The position numbers and the translations under genes are program-made. The notes beneath the pieces were generated by a model. It had not been told where the DNA came from. It did not search any database and worked only from the letters and a program-made list of their open reading frames with translations. From Candidatus Latescibacterota bacterium (GTDB lineage Bacteria > Latescibacterota > UBA2968 > UBA8231), in contig CBDCSU010000005.1 of NCBI GenBank assembly GCA_965221775.1, positions 640,001 through 704,000 on the forward strand: a stretch of 64,000 nucleotides of DNA, read 5' to 3'. Below, in pieces: positions 49,878 to 58,195 of the stretch; positions within the stretch are counted from its first letter, which is position 1; every line of letters begins with the position of its first letter.

Positions 49878-51896
49878 ATGGCCGCGGAGAGGAGACTCCG
49901 GCGCGCGGCGCTGCTCAGCTTTCCGAGGGTGGCCCTCAACGAGGAGACCCTCGACCGGATCGTGGAGGAGGGGTTCACCGATGTGGGCGCCGGCCTGGTG
50001 GAGCTGCCCAAGGGCTACCACGGCTTCTCCCTGGAGAACGGAGAGCGGCTGGCCCGGATGTGCGCGGAGCGCGGCCTCGGCTACATCGCCTTCACCGGCT
50101 ACATGAAGTACCAGGAGGCCCTGGTGGCGGCGGAGCCCCAGCGGCTCATGCACCTGGCCGGCGACGGCGCGGTGCAGGACCTCGACGGGCTGCGGGTGCG
50201 GTGGCTGTGCCCCTTCCGGCCGGAGAACAAGGCCTGGTACCTGGGCCAGCTCCTGGAGGTCTGCCGCTGGCCGGCGCTGGTCGAGATCCACCTCAACGAC
50301 GAGGCCTCCCTCGGCTTCGGCGACGGCACCATCGGCTGCTACTGCGACTTCTGCCGGGCGGAGTTCCGCGAGGCCACGGGCCGCGAGCCGCCCACCTCGC
50401 GCGACTGGAACGACCCCCTGTGGTACACCTGGCTCGAGGCGCGGTTCGACAACTGGGAGGCCGTGCACTCGGAGCTGCGCGCCGCCATCAAGGAGGTCCG
50501 GCCCGACGTGGTGGTGGGCATCCAGCACAGCCCCGTCGTCCCCGAGCGCAACTACAACGCCTGGCAGACCGGCATCCGCCTGGGCCGCGACGCCCTGACC
50601 CAGGACGTCATCGCCACCGACCCCTACCACTACAACCACCACCACCTCATCCTGCACCGGCCCCACCGCCGCATCCTCTCCGAGACGACGCGCAGCCTGG
50701 TGGCCGCCTGCCTGGACCGCCAGGTCGACATCTATCCCCAGGGCTTCATGCCGCCCTCCCAGGCCGTGCCCATGGGCCGCCAGGACGGGCTGCTGGCAGC
50801 GGTGGTGCCCTTCGTGCTGGGCGCCGACCTGGTGATGCCCTACACCTACGAGCAGATGAAGATCATCCCCGGGTTCTTCGAGGCCTTCGACGAGGCCCGG
50901 CGCCTGATGCCGGCCTTCGCCTGCCACCGGCCCTGGGCCTTCGCCACCATGCTCATGCCGCAGCAGTCCGAGATCTACGGCCATCACGCCTCGGCCTGGG
51001 GACACGGCGGCCTCCTCACCATGGTGGACCTGCTCTACCGGACGGGCCTGCCGTGGCGGTGGTTCTGGGACGAGCGCCTCGACGACGCCGGGGATCGCCT
51101 GCGGGGCCCGCTGATCCTGCCCGAGACCCACTGTCTCACGGCGAGCCAGATCGAGCGCATCGAGGCTGTCGCCGTGAAAGGCGAGGGCCTGCTGTGGATC
51201 GGCAACCGGCCGGCGGGCCCCTGGGAGGGCCGCGGCCCCTGCCCCCTGCCGCAGCGGATCCACACCGGCGCCTTCGAGATGGAGCTGCAGGGGGATCACC
51301 CGCTGACCGCGGGCCTGGAGCACCCCCTCATCCTGAGCACGCGGGTGGACGGGCCGGGGCCGGAGGGCGAGGTCCTCGGCACGGTGGAGGGCCGGCCGGC
51401 GCTGGTCCTGGTGGAGGAGGGAGACCGCCGCGAGGTCTGGCTCGCCGGCATGCCGGCGGTGACCTGGACCGGGAACATCCCCGCCAGCTCCCTCCTGGAG
51501 GAGACCAGCAACGTGGAGCTGCTGCGGCGGCTGATCGTGTGGGCCTCGGGCCGCCGGCCCCTGGCGCGGCTGGACCCGTTCCCGCCGGAGGACGACTACC
51601 GCAGCCTGAGGCCCGCCGACCGGCGCGCCGTCCCCACCATGGAGCTGCTGCCCATGGCCGCGGAGGACTCCCTGCTGGCGGTGGTCTTCCCCTACACGCC
51701 GGTGGGCTGCCGCACGGCGCTGGTGATCGAGCCGCCGCAGGGCCGGACCATCGGCCCGGTGCGGGAGATCTGGAGCGGCGAGGACTGGAGCGGCCGGGTG
51801 GAGGCGGGCGCCGGCGGCACGGCGCGCATCCCCCTCGACATCCCCGGCGACTGCGACCTGCTGGCCCTCCAGGTGGAACTGAAGGAGGATCGATGA
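49878..51896 (+). CDS. GH42/GHL-like TIM-barrel protein with a CxCxxC motif and a glutamine-amidotransferase-like trimerisation domain
   Basis: WLCP, LNDE, GCYCDFCRAEFRE, TDPY, LILPETHCLT. Confidence 0.6.
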   Translation: MAAERRLRRAALLSFPRVALNEETLDRIVEEGFTDVGAGLVELPKGYHGFSLENGERLARMCAERGLGYIAFTGYMKYQEALVAAEPQRLMHLAGDGAVQDLDGLRVRWLCPFRPENKAWYLGQLLEVCRWPALVEIHLNDEASLGFGDGTIGCYCDFCRAEFREATGREPPTSRDWNDPLWYTWLEARFDNWEAVHSELRAAIKEVRPDVVVGIQHSPVVPERNYNAWQTGIRLGRDALTQDVIATDPYHYNHHHLILHRPHRRILSETTRSLVAACLDRQVDIYPQGFMPPSQAVPMGRQDGLLAAVVPFVLGADLVMPYTYEQMKIIPGFFEAFDEARRLMPAFACHRPWAFATMLMPQQSEIYGHHASAWGHGGLLTMVDLLYRTGLPWRWFWDERLDDAGDRLRGPLILPETHCLTASQIERIEAVAVKGEGLLWIGNRPAGPWEGRGPCPLPQRIHTGAFEMELQGDHPLTAGLEHPLILSTRVDGPGPEGEVLGTVEGRPALVLVEEGDRREVWLAGMPAVTWTGNIPASSLLEETSNVELLRRLIVWASGRRPLARLDPFPPEDDYRSLRPADRRAVPTMELLPMAAEDSLLAVVFPYTPVGCRTALVIEPPQGRTIGPVREIWSGEDWSGRVEAGAGGTARIPLDIPGDCDLLALQVELKEDR

Positions 51897-53317
51897 GCGA
51901 AGGCTGGAACATCGTCGTCGTCGTGGCGGACACCCTTCGCACCGCCTACCTCGGCGCCTACGGCAACGACTGGATCCACACGCCCAACCTGGACCGCTTC
52001 GCGAGGCAGGGCGTGCGCTTCACCAACGCCCATCCCGAGTGCCTGCCCACCATCCCGACGCGCCGCACCCTGCACACGGGACGGCGGGCCTTCCCCTTCC
52101 CCACCTACACGCCGGTGCCCTGGGACAACGTCTACATCCCCGGCTGGCAGCCGATGTCGGCCGACGAGCCGGCCGTCGCCGAGGCCCTGGTGAGGAGCGG
52201 CTACCACACCGGCTTCTTCGCCGACGTGCCCCACTACTTCGTCCCGGGGATGAACTTCACCCGCGGCTTCCGGCAATGGGAGTTCGTCCGGGGCCAGGCC
52301 GAGGACCGCTACCGGGCGGTGGCGCGCGCCGACGAGGCGCTGCTGTCCCGCTACCAGGGCAACGCGAACCGGGTCCGCGCCCATCTCGTGAACGTGCAGC
52401 CCCAGCGGCCCGAGGAGACGTGGCCCACGGCGCGGCTCTTCCGCTCGGCCATCGAGTTCGTGGAGCAGAACGCCGGCCACGCGCCCTTCTACCTCTACGT
52501 GGACGGTTTCACCCCCCACGAGACGTGGGAGGCGCCGCTGCACTACTACGACCTCTACGGCCGCCGCGAGGATCGCGAGCCGATCCTCCTCAACCTGCCC
52601 TACCGCCCCCTCGACGACAAGTCCGTCGAGGCCCGGCTGGCGAGCGTCAGGGCCAACTACGCCGGGCTGGTTACCCTCGTCGACACCTGGTTCGGAAAGC
52701 TGGTGGAGACGATCGACCGGCTGGGGCTGAGGGAGAGCACGCTGATCCTCTTCCTCAGCGACCACGGGACCAACTTCGCCGACAACGCCGAGCGGGTCAC
52801 CGGCAAGCCGGCGGGCTACATGTACCCCGGCACCATGGACATCCCCCTGCTCGTGCGCCATCCCGCCGGCGTCAACGCCGGGACCGTGTGCGACGAGTTG
52901 GTCTACACGCTAGACGTGCCGGCCACCGTGATCGCCGCGAGCCGGGTGCAGGCGGCCGGCGAGATCGAGGGGCAGAGCCTGCTGCCCCTGGTGGAGGGAG
53001 GGCCGGGCTTCAGCCCCCGCGAGTACCTGACTTGCCGCTACGGCAACTTCGTGTGGTACAAGGACGCGAAGAGCTGGTACTTCTCCAGCGTCGACTTCCA
53101 GGAGCCGCGGCTCTTCGATCTCGAGGCGGACCCTGAGTGCCGGGAGAACATCGCCGCGAAGTGCCCCGAGCGGATCGCCCTCGCCCGGGAGCGCATCCTG
53201 ACCGACGCCGGGGGGCGCCTGCCACGTTACGAGCACCAGGGCACCGACGCCCTCGGGCGCCCGGAGTTCACCGAGCAGCAGCCACAACGAACCCAACAGA
53301 AAGGAGGAACATCGTGA
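51893..53317 (+). CDS. Sulfatase-fold (alkaline phosphatase superfamily) hydrolase with a Thr-x-Pro-x-Arg motif
   Basis: VVADTLR, TPNLDRFA, PTIPTRRTLHTG, PHETW, LSDHG, IPLLVRHP, LFDLEADP. Confidence 0.88.
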   Translation: MSEGWNIVVVVADTLRTAYLGAYGNDWIHTPNLDRFARQGVRFTNAHPECLPTIPTRRTLHTGRRAFPFPTYTPVPWDNVYIPGWQPMSADEPAVAEALVRSGYHTGFFADVPHYFVPGMNFTRGFRQWEFVRGQAEDRYRAVARADEALLSRYQGNANRVRAHLVNVQPQRPEETWPTARLFRSAIEFVEQNAGHAPFYLYVDGFTPHETWEAPLHYYDLYGRREDREPILLNLPYRPLDDKSVEARLASVRANYAGLVTLVDTWFGKLVETIDRLGLRESTLILFLSDHGTNFADNAERVTGKPAGYMYPGTMDIPLLVRHPAGVNAGTVCDELVYTLDVPATVIAASRVQAAGEIEGQSLLPLVEGGPGFSPREYLTCRYGNFVWYKDAKSWYFSSVDFQEPRLFDLEADPECRENIAAKCPERIALARERILTDAGGRLPRYEHQGTDALGRPEFTEQQPQRTQQKGGTS

Positions 53318-54120
53318 AACTCAGCTTCCACACTTGCGGTCTCGAATGGTGGTCCCTGGAGGACGCCATCAACGAGTTGGCCGACATCGGCTACGACGCC
53401 TGCGGGCCCATCCTGGCGCCCGGGGGCCACGTCGACCCGGACAAGATCACCAGCAGCGAGATCGAGAGCTACAAGCGGCTCGCCGCCGACCGCAACCTGG
53501 CGATCAGCACCCTCAACCCCTGGAAGATCGGCGGCTTCTCCACCAAGGTGGATTCGGGCGAGACGGAGCGGTTCTTCCGCCGGGCCCTCGACCTGGCCGC
53601 CGAGTTCGGCGCCGGCAGCGTGAAGTTCCTGGCCGGCAGCCACCCCGACGGCGAGATGGACGGCTGGAAGGCGATGGTCAAGGTCTGCAAGCGCCTCTGC
53701 CACCACGCCGAGCAGGTCGGCGTCGACCTGCTCATGCAGAACCACGAGAACCAGCTCATCGACACCTCCAACTGCTTCGCCCTGCTGCGCCACCACGTCG
53801 GATCGGAGCGCCTCCAGGCCACCCTCGACGTCTCCAACATGGCGATCCTCATGGAGGACCCCTGCCGCGCCATCCACGACCACGCCGACAACATCCGCTA
53901 CATCCGCATCAAGGGCATGCTCCTCCACTACCCCTACGCCACCCAGTGCGCCCCCGGAGCGCCGGGCGACATCGTCGACTGGAAGGCCGTCTTCACGGCG
54001 CTGAAGGAGGTCGGCTACACCGGCTACATCGAGCCCGTCACCTACCCGTGGTTCCCGCCCGACTTCCACCGGACCAACTACCAGTGGTGCCGCGAGCTGG
54101 CGGCGGAGGTGGGGCTGTGA
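53314..54120 (+). CDS. Sugar phosphate isomerase/epimerase-like TIM barrel
   Basis: GTG after AAAGGAGG; MKLSFHT, IGYDA, QNHE, LDVSN, IVDW, GYTGYI. Confidence 0.8.
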   Translation: MKLSFHTCGLEWWSLEDAINELADIGYDACGPILAPGGHVDPDKITSSEIESYKRLAADRNLAISTLNPWKIGGFSTKVDSGETERFFRRALDLAAEFGAGSVKFLAGSHPDGEMDGWKAMVKVCKRLCHHAEQVGVDLLMQNHENQLIDTSNCFALLRHHVGSERLQATLDVSNMAILMEDPCRAIHDHADNIRYIRIKGMLLHYPYATQCAPGAPGDIVDWKAVFTALKEVGYTGYIEPVTYPWFPPDFHRTNYQWCRELAAEVGL

Positions 54121-54465
54121 GGGGGAGGTAGCTGGGGGCCGCGGCGCACTTGCTCGGCGCCGTGGCTCCACCTTGCACCACGGGATCCGAGGCCCGCACT
54201 ACACGACAACGCGAACCCCTCCACAGTTACTCTTCGGCAGCTTCCGTCTGTCCCGCTCCCGCGCGGGGTCGCCCTCCAGCGCCTCAGCGCGGGTGCTGTT
54301 ACCGAGACGGCCTCCGCAACCAGGGGCCGTGCGTAACCGACAAACCCCCTGGTGTCACGGTCCCATCCTGGCACCGACCTCCGCTCCACGGCGCCGCCCC
54401 GGCCAGGGTCTCCCGTTTGCCTCCAGTCCCATCCCGTGACGGGCACCCGGTCCACGGCCGGGGGT

Positions 54466-54494
54466 TGAACGAAATCCCTGCCTCGGCCGTATAA
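54466..54494 (+). promoter_or_regulatory. Putative ECF-type autoregulatory promoter
   Basis: TGAAC-N17-CGTATAA about 30 nt upstream of the ECF sigma gene. Confidence 0.5.
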
Positions 54495-54523
54495 CCCGTT
54501 GGAGGCGGTGAATTCCGGGACCG

Positions 54524-55051
54524 ATGGGATGCAGCGACGAAGAGCTGATGCGGGATCTCCAGCGGGGAGAGCTGCGGGCCTTCGACGCGCTCTACGAACG
54601 CCACTCCCGACCCCTGTTCAACTTCATCCGCCGGCTCCTGCGGGACGAGAGCCTGGCCGAGGATGTCTTCCAGGAGACCTGCATGCGGGTGTTGAACAAC
54701 GCCGGCCGCTTCGATTCCCGGTCCCGCTTCCGGACCTGGCTGTACACGGTGGCCCACAATCTCTGCATGGATGAACTGCGCCGGCGCCGCCGGAGGAGGA
54801 GCATCCCCGCCGGCGAGCTGCCCGGGCCGCCGCCGGAGCCCGACCCGCACGAGCGGCTGGTCGAAGGCGAATCCGCACACCGGCTGCTCGGGGGCCTGAA
54901 ACCGGAGCTGCGGGCCGTCGTCGTGCTCCGGGTCCTGCACGGGTACTCGCAGGAGGAGACGGCGAGGATCGTGGGTGTCCCCGTGGGGACGGTGAAGAGC
55001 CGCCTCCACCACGCCCTGAAGCAACTGCGCCGGATGGCGGAGGAGACATGA
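54524..55051 (+). CDS. ECF RNA polymerase sigma factor
   Basis: SDEELM, AEDVFQE, FRTWLY, GVPVGTVKSRLH. Confidence 0.93.
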   Translation: MGCSDEELMRDLQRGELRAFDALYERHSRPLFNFIRRLLRDESLAEDVFQETCMRVLNNAGRFDSRSRFRTWLYTVAHNLCMDELRRRRRRRSIPAGELPGPPPEPDPHERLVEGESAHRLLGGLKPELRAVVVLRVLHGYSQEETARIVGVPVGTVKSRLHHALKQLRRMAEET

Positions 55052-55395
55052 ATCCGGAGGACCGCGCCGTAGAGGAGATCCGGGCGCTGCTTGGACCCGC
55101 ACCCGAGGTGGCGGTGCCCCGGGGGGTGGAGGAGAGGGTGAGGACTGGCGCGCGAAGGTGGGCCCGCCAGCGGGCCGGCGTGGGGGCGATTCGCATCTCC
55201 TGGCCCGACAGAATCGCCCTCGGGCTGATCGGGCTGGAGCTGTTGGCCTTGGTCTGGGTGGCTGGTCCGCGGCTCGAGATGGACCAACTCCTGCGAGGTG
55301 TTCTCCTCGGTCTGGCTGGTCTCAATTCCGCCGCCCTGCTGGCGAGCCCGGCCATCCTTCTGAACTTCCGGAGAAGGGAGCAGATACTACCATGA
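55048..55395 (+). CDS. Putative membrane anti-sigma factor
   Basis: ATGA overlap with the sigma gene; short N-terminal domain plus 2 TM segments. Confidence 0.55.
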   Translation: MNPEDRAVEEIRALLGPAPEVAVPRGVEERVRTGARRWARQRAGVGAIRISWPDRIALGLIGLELLALVWVAGPRLEMDQLLRGVLLGLAGLNSAALLASPAILLNFRRREQILP

Positions 55396-56258
55396 ACAAG
55401 CGCATGCAGGAGAAGCTTCACCGGTGGCTGCCCAGGGTGGCCGTCCTGAGCCTGCTGGTCTTCTTCTCCTCCTGTCTCTTCGACGCTTTCTATGTGGACC
55501 CCAGGCGGGTGCGGGAGTGGAGGAAGGCCGATGCAGCACGATTGCTCGCGAAGGGGAAGAAGGAGGAGGCCTTGAGGACGCGGGAGGGAGGGCTCAGAGC
55601 CGCCCTGGAGCGAGTCTCCGCCGTCATCGAAACCCTCGACGGCAACCGGCAGACCCAGGAGGCGCTGATGGAGGCCGTCGCCCAAGAGAAATCCATCGGC
55701 GAGGTGTGGGTGACCGATGACGAGGGCCACATCGTGTACTACGGCAGGCACCGTCCCCCGCTGCGCAATGTCGAGAACTACCCTCTCCCCACTCTGCACC
55801 GGCGGCTTGACAGTCTTCCCGCAGGCCTGCTCCAGCCAATGCAGCGGACCGGCATCCTGCTGATCTCGGTCATAGGCGGCTACGAGACCTCGCCAACCGG
55901 GGCACTTCGCGAGATGCTCCCAAAGCACCTCATCTATCCCCGGGAAGTGGAAGCTGCACGGGTCGAAGTGGGCCGGGTGAGGGGCGGCCTGATCGCCGCC
56001 GTGGTCTCTCAGCCCTCTTGGGGAATTCCCTTCCCAGAGACAAGCGAACGGCTCAGGCTGATCGGGAATCTCACCACCCTCGCGATCGCGGCCGGCCTGA
56101 TCGCCTTCTGGATCACCATCCCCTCGTGGATGCTGCTGGACGCCCGAAGGAGAGGAGAGCGGGCGGCGGCGTGGGGCCTCTTCGGTCTCCTGGGCAACGT
56201 CATGGCCCTCGTGATCTACCTGCTGGTGCGGCGGGACCCCCAAGAGGAGACGGCGTAA
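55392..56258 (+). CDS. Membrane protein with an extracytoplasmic domain and a PLDc_N-like C-terminal hairpin
   Basis: ATGA overlap; N-terminal TM; C-terminal WMLLDARRRG...WGLFGLLGN..ALVIYLLVR. Confidence 0.65.
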   Translation: MNKRMQEKLHRWLPRVAVLSLLVFFSSCLFDAFYVDPRRVREWRKADAARLLAKGKKEEALRTREGGLRAALERVSAVIETLDGNRQTQEALMEAVAQEKSIGEVWVTDDEGHIVYYGRHRPPLRNVENYPLPTLHRRLDSLPAGLLQPMQRTGILLISVIGGYETSPTGALREMLPKHLIYPREVEAARVEVGRVRGGLIAAVVSQPSWGIPFPETSERLRLIGNLTTLAIAAGLIAFWITIPSWMLLDARRRGERAAAWGLFGLLGNVMALVIYLLVRRDPQEETA

Positions 56259-56262
56259 CGCC

Positions 56263-57942
56263 TCAGAGGGAGTCCAGCTCCCGCTTCACCTCGGCGAGCA
56301 GGGCCTTCGCATCGCCGCGGTCCACGCCCACCGCCTGAAGCGACTCGGCGAGCCACCGCGTCCACCAGCGCCGGAAGGGGCTTCCCGGCGGACCCGCCAG
56401 CTGGCCGCGCCTCCCCAGGTCCAGGGAGAGGCCCCGGCGCAGGTGACGGTCCATCCCTTCGGGCCGATCCGTCTCGTGCGCGATACGCGCCAGGTGGAGG
56501 TGGGTCTCCGCGGCGAAGTCATCGTCGGCGACCCCTTCCAGGGCGCGGTGGAAAGCCCCCTCCGACTCCCCCGGCTGGCCGGCCAGGAGGTAACCCATGC
56601 CAGCCGCGGCGTGAACGCGCGGCTGGTGCAGGTGCTCGCGGTTCTCCTCGTAGAGCTCCAGCCCCCGGTCAGGCCGCCCCGCGCCGCTGTGGAAGTAGAT
56701 GAGATTTCCCGCTTCGCCGGGTGACGGCATCAGGCGCCGCGCCGCTTCCATGCGGCGGATCGCTTCGTCCATGTCGCCGGTCCGGTACGCGTGGTGGGTG
56801 GCCAGCTGGCGGCAGGCGCAAAATGCCCAGAAGGTGGTCCGTTCTGCTTGCAGCACGCTCTCGTAGACCGACGCGGCCTCGGCGTGCCGGTCGAGCCGTG
56901 ACAGGCACAGTCCGTACTCGTACAGGCAGGCTTGGTCTTGCGGAGCAAGCTTGACCAAGGACTGCAGCAGGGGCAGGGCCCGGGCGAACTCCCCGGCCCC
57001 CCGCAACAGCCTCGCCTTGCAGTAGAGGGCCTCCACGTCGACTTCGTTCGCCGCCAGCCGCCGGTCGGCCAGGGCGAGGACCCTCTGCTTCAGCTCCCTG
57101 CTGCGCTCCTCGCGGCCCGGCTGGCGGCAGGCCAGCTCCAGCTCGGCGACCACCTCCAGGGAGTCGGGAGCGGCCCTGGCCGCCCTCTCCAGGGCGCCGA
57201 CCTGGTCCGGGCCGGGCGCCTCCATGGGACCGTAGGTGCGGCCCCATTCGAGCAGCGCCGTCGAGTGCCCGGGCTGCAGGTCCAGGATCTCCTGGAAATG
57301 GGACCGGGCCGCTTCGTAGCGCAGATGGAGCCGGTCGTCCCGCCCGCTCTTCAGCAGGTGGGCGACGACGCGGGAGGCGAAGTCGTCGGGAAGGGCGTCT
57401 CCGTTTTCTCTGGCCATGGCGAGGGCCTCCTCTCTCAGGTGGCGACGGGCCCGGTAGAGCCGCTGCTTGACGCTGGCCGGGGTCGATTGCAACTCGCGAG
57501 CCACGGCCTCCAGCGGGCGTCCGTCGACGTAGTGGAGCAGGAAGACGGCGGCGCTGGCCGGGGGCAGCCGGTCCAGCAGGCGGGCGGCCGGGCCGGGTGG
57601 CTCGCCTTCGGAACCGCCCTCACCTTCCCGGCTCTCTCCATAGCGGGCGTGGGCCTCGACCCGGCGCCTGCGGTCGCGCAGCATGTTGAGGCTCCGATGC
57701 CGCACCGCCGTCCGCAGCCAGGGTCCGACCTTGACCGGCTCCCGTAGCTGGTGGAAGCGCTTCAGCGCCCCGATCAGGGCTTCCTGCACCGCGTCGAGGG
57801 CGTCGTCGTGGGAACCCAGGAATCCCAGGGCCTCGCGGTAGAGCTGGTGCTGATGGCGCCGCACGAGGGCCTCGAAGGCGGCCAGGTCTCCGGCCGCCGC
57901 GGCCCGTGCCAGGGAGCCGTCGCCGATTCCCGCGGTCTTCAT
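56263..57942 (-). CDS. ECF sigma factor with a C-terminal TPR extension
   Basis: GDLAAFEALVRRH, DAVQEA, WLR, SVKQRLYRARRHLR, followed by several TPR-like helical repeats. Confidence 0.85.
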   Translation of the reverse strand: MKTAGIGDGSLARAAAAGDLAAFEALVRRHQHQLYREALGFLGSHDDALDAVQEALIGALKRFHQLREPVKVGPWLRTAVRHRSLNMLRDRRRRVEAHARYGESREGEGGSEGEPPGPAARLLDRLPPASAAVFLLHYVDGRPLEAVARELQSTPASVKQRLYRARRHLREEALAMARENGDALPDDFASRVVAHLLKSGRDDRLHLRYEAARSHFQEILDLQPGHSTALLEWGRTYGPMEAPGPDQVGALERAARAAPDSLEVVAELELACRQPGREERSRELKQRVLALADRRLAANEVDVEALYCKARLLRGAGEFARALPLLQSLVKLAPQDQACLYEYGLCLSRLDRHAEAASVYESVLQAERTTFWAFCACRQLATHHAYRTGDMDEAIRRMEAARRLMPSPGEAGNLIYFHSGAGRPDRGLELYEENREHLHQPRVHAAAGMGYLLAGQPGESEGAFHRALEGVADDDFAAETHLHLARIAHETDRPEGMDRHLRRGLSLDLGRRGQLAGPPGSPFRRWWTRWLAESLQAVGVDRGDAKALLAEVKRELDSL

Positions 57943-58010
57943 GCTTGTAAAGACCCCTGAACGTGGGTGGTGGTAATGCGGCCGGCGCGACTCCGTGCCC
58001 CGGCGACGGC

Positions 58011-58046
58011 GTGTCCTCGTCCTCGAAGACCGCACCCTTGGCGGTC
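58011..58046. repeat. 36 bp direct repeat (34/36) of the lipoprotein gene 3' end at 62768-62803
   Basis: GTGTCCTCG(T/A)CCTCGAAGACCGC(A/G)CCCTTGGCGGTC. Confidence 0.85.
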
Positions 58047-58195
58047 CGGAATCAGATCGTGTCGCGCACGCCGCGCCGCTTCGGGCCGGGGCTCTGGACG
58101 TACATTCCCGCCAGCCTGGCGGCGCCGCTCCACCGGTCTTCGGACCCTCGGGCAGGCTGTAGGCACCACCCCCTTGGCTTCAGGAGAAGAGACCG

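Noticed and set aside
54121-54460. Possible ncRNA or riboswitch in a 340 nt intergenic gap
   Set aside because: No recognisable Rfam-type motif by eye; an Infernal search is needed.
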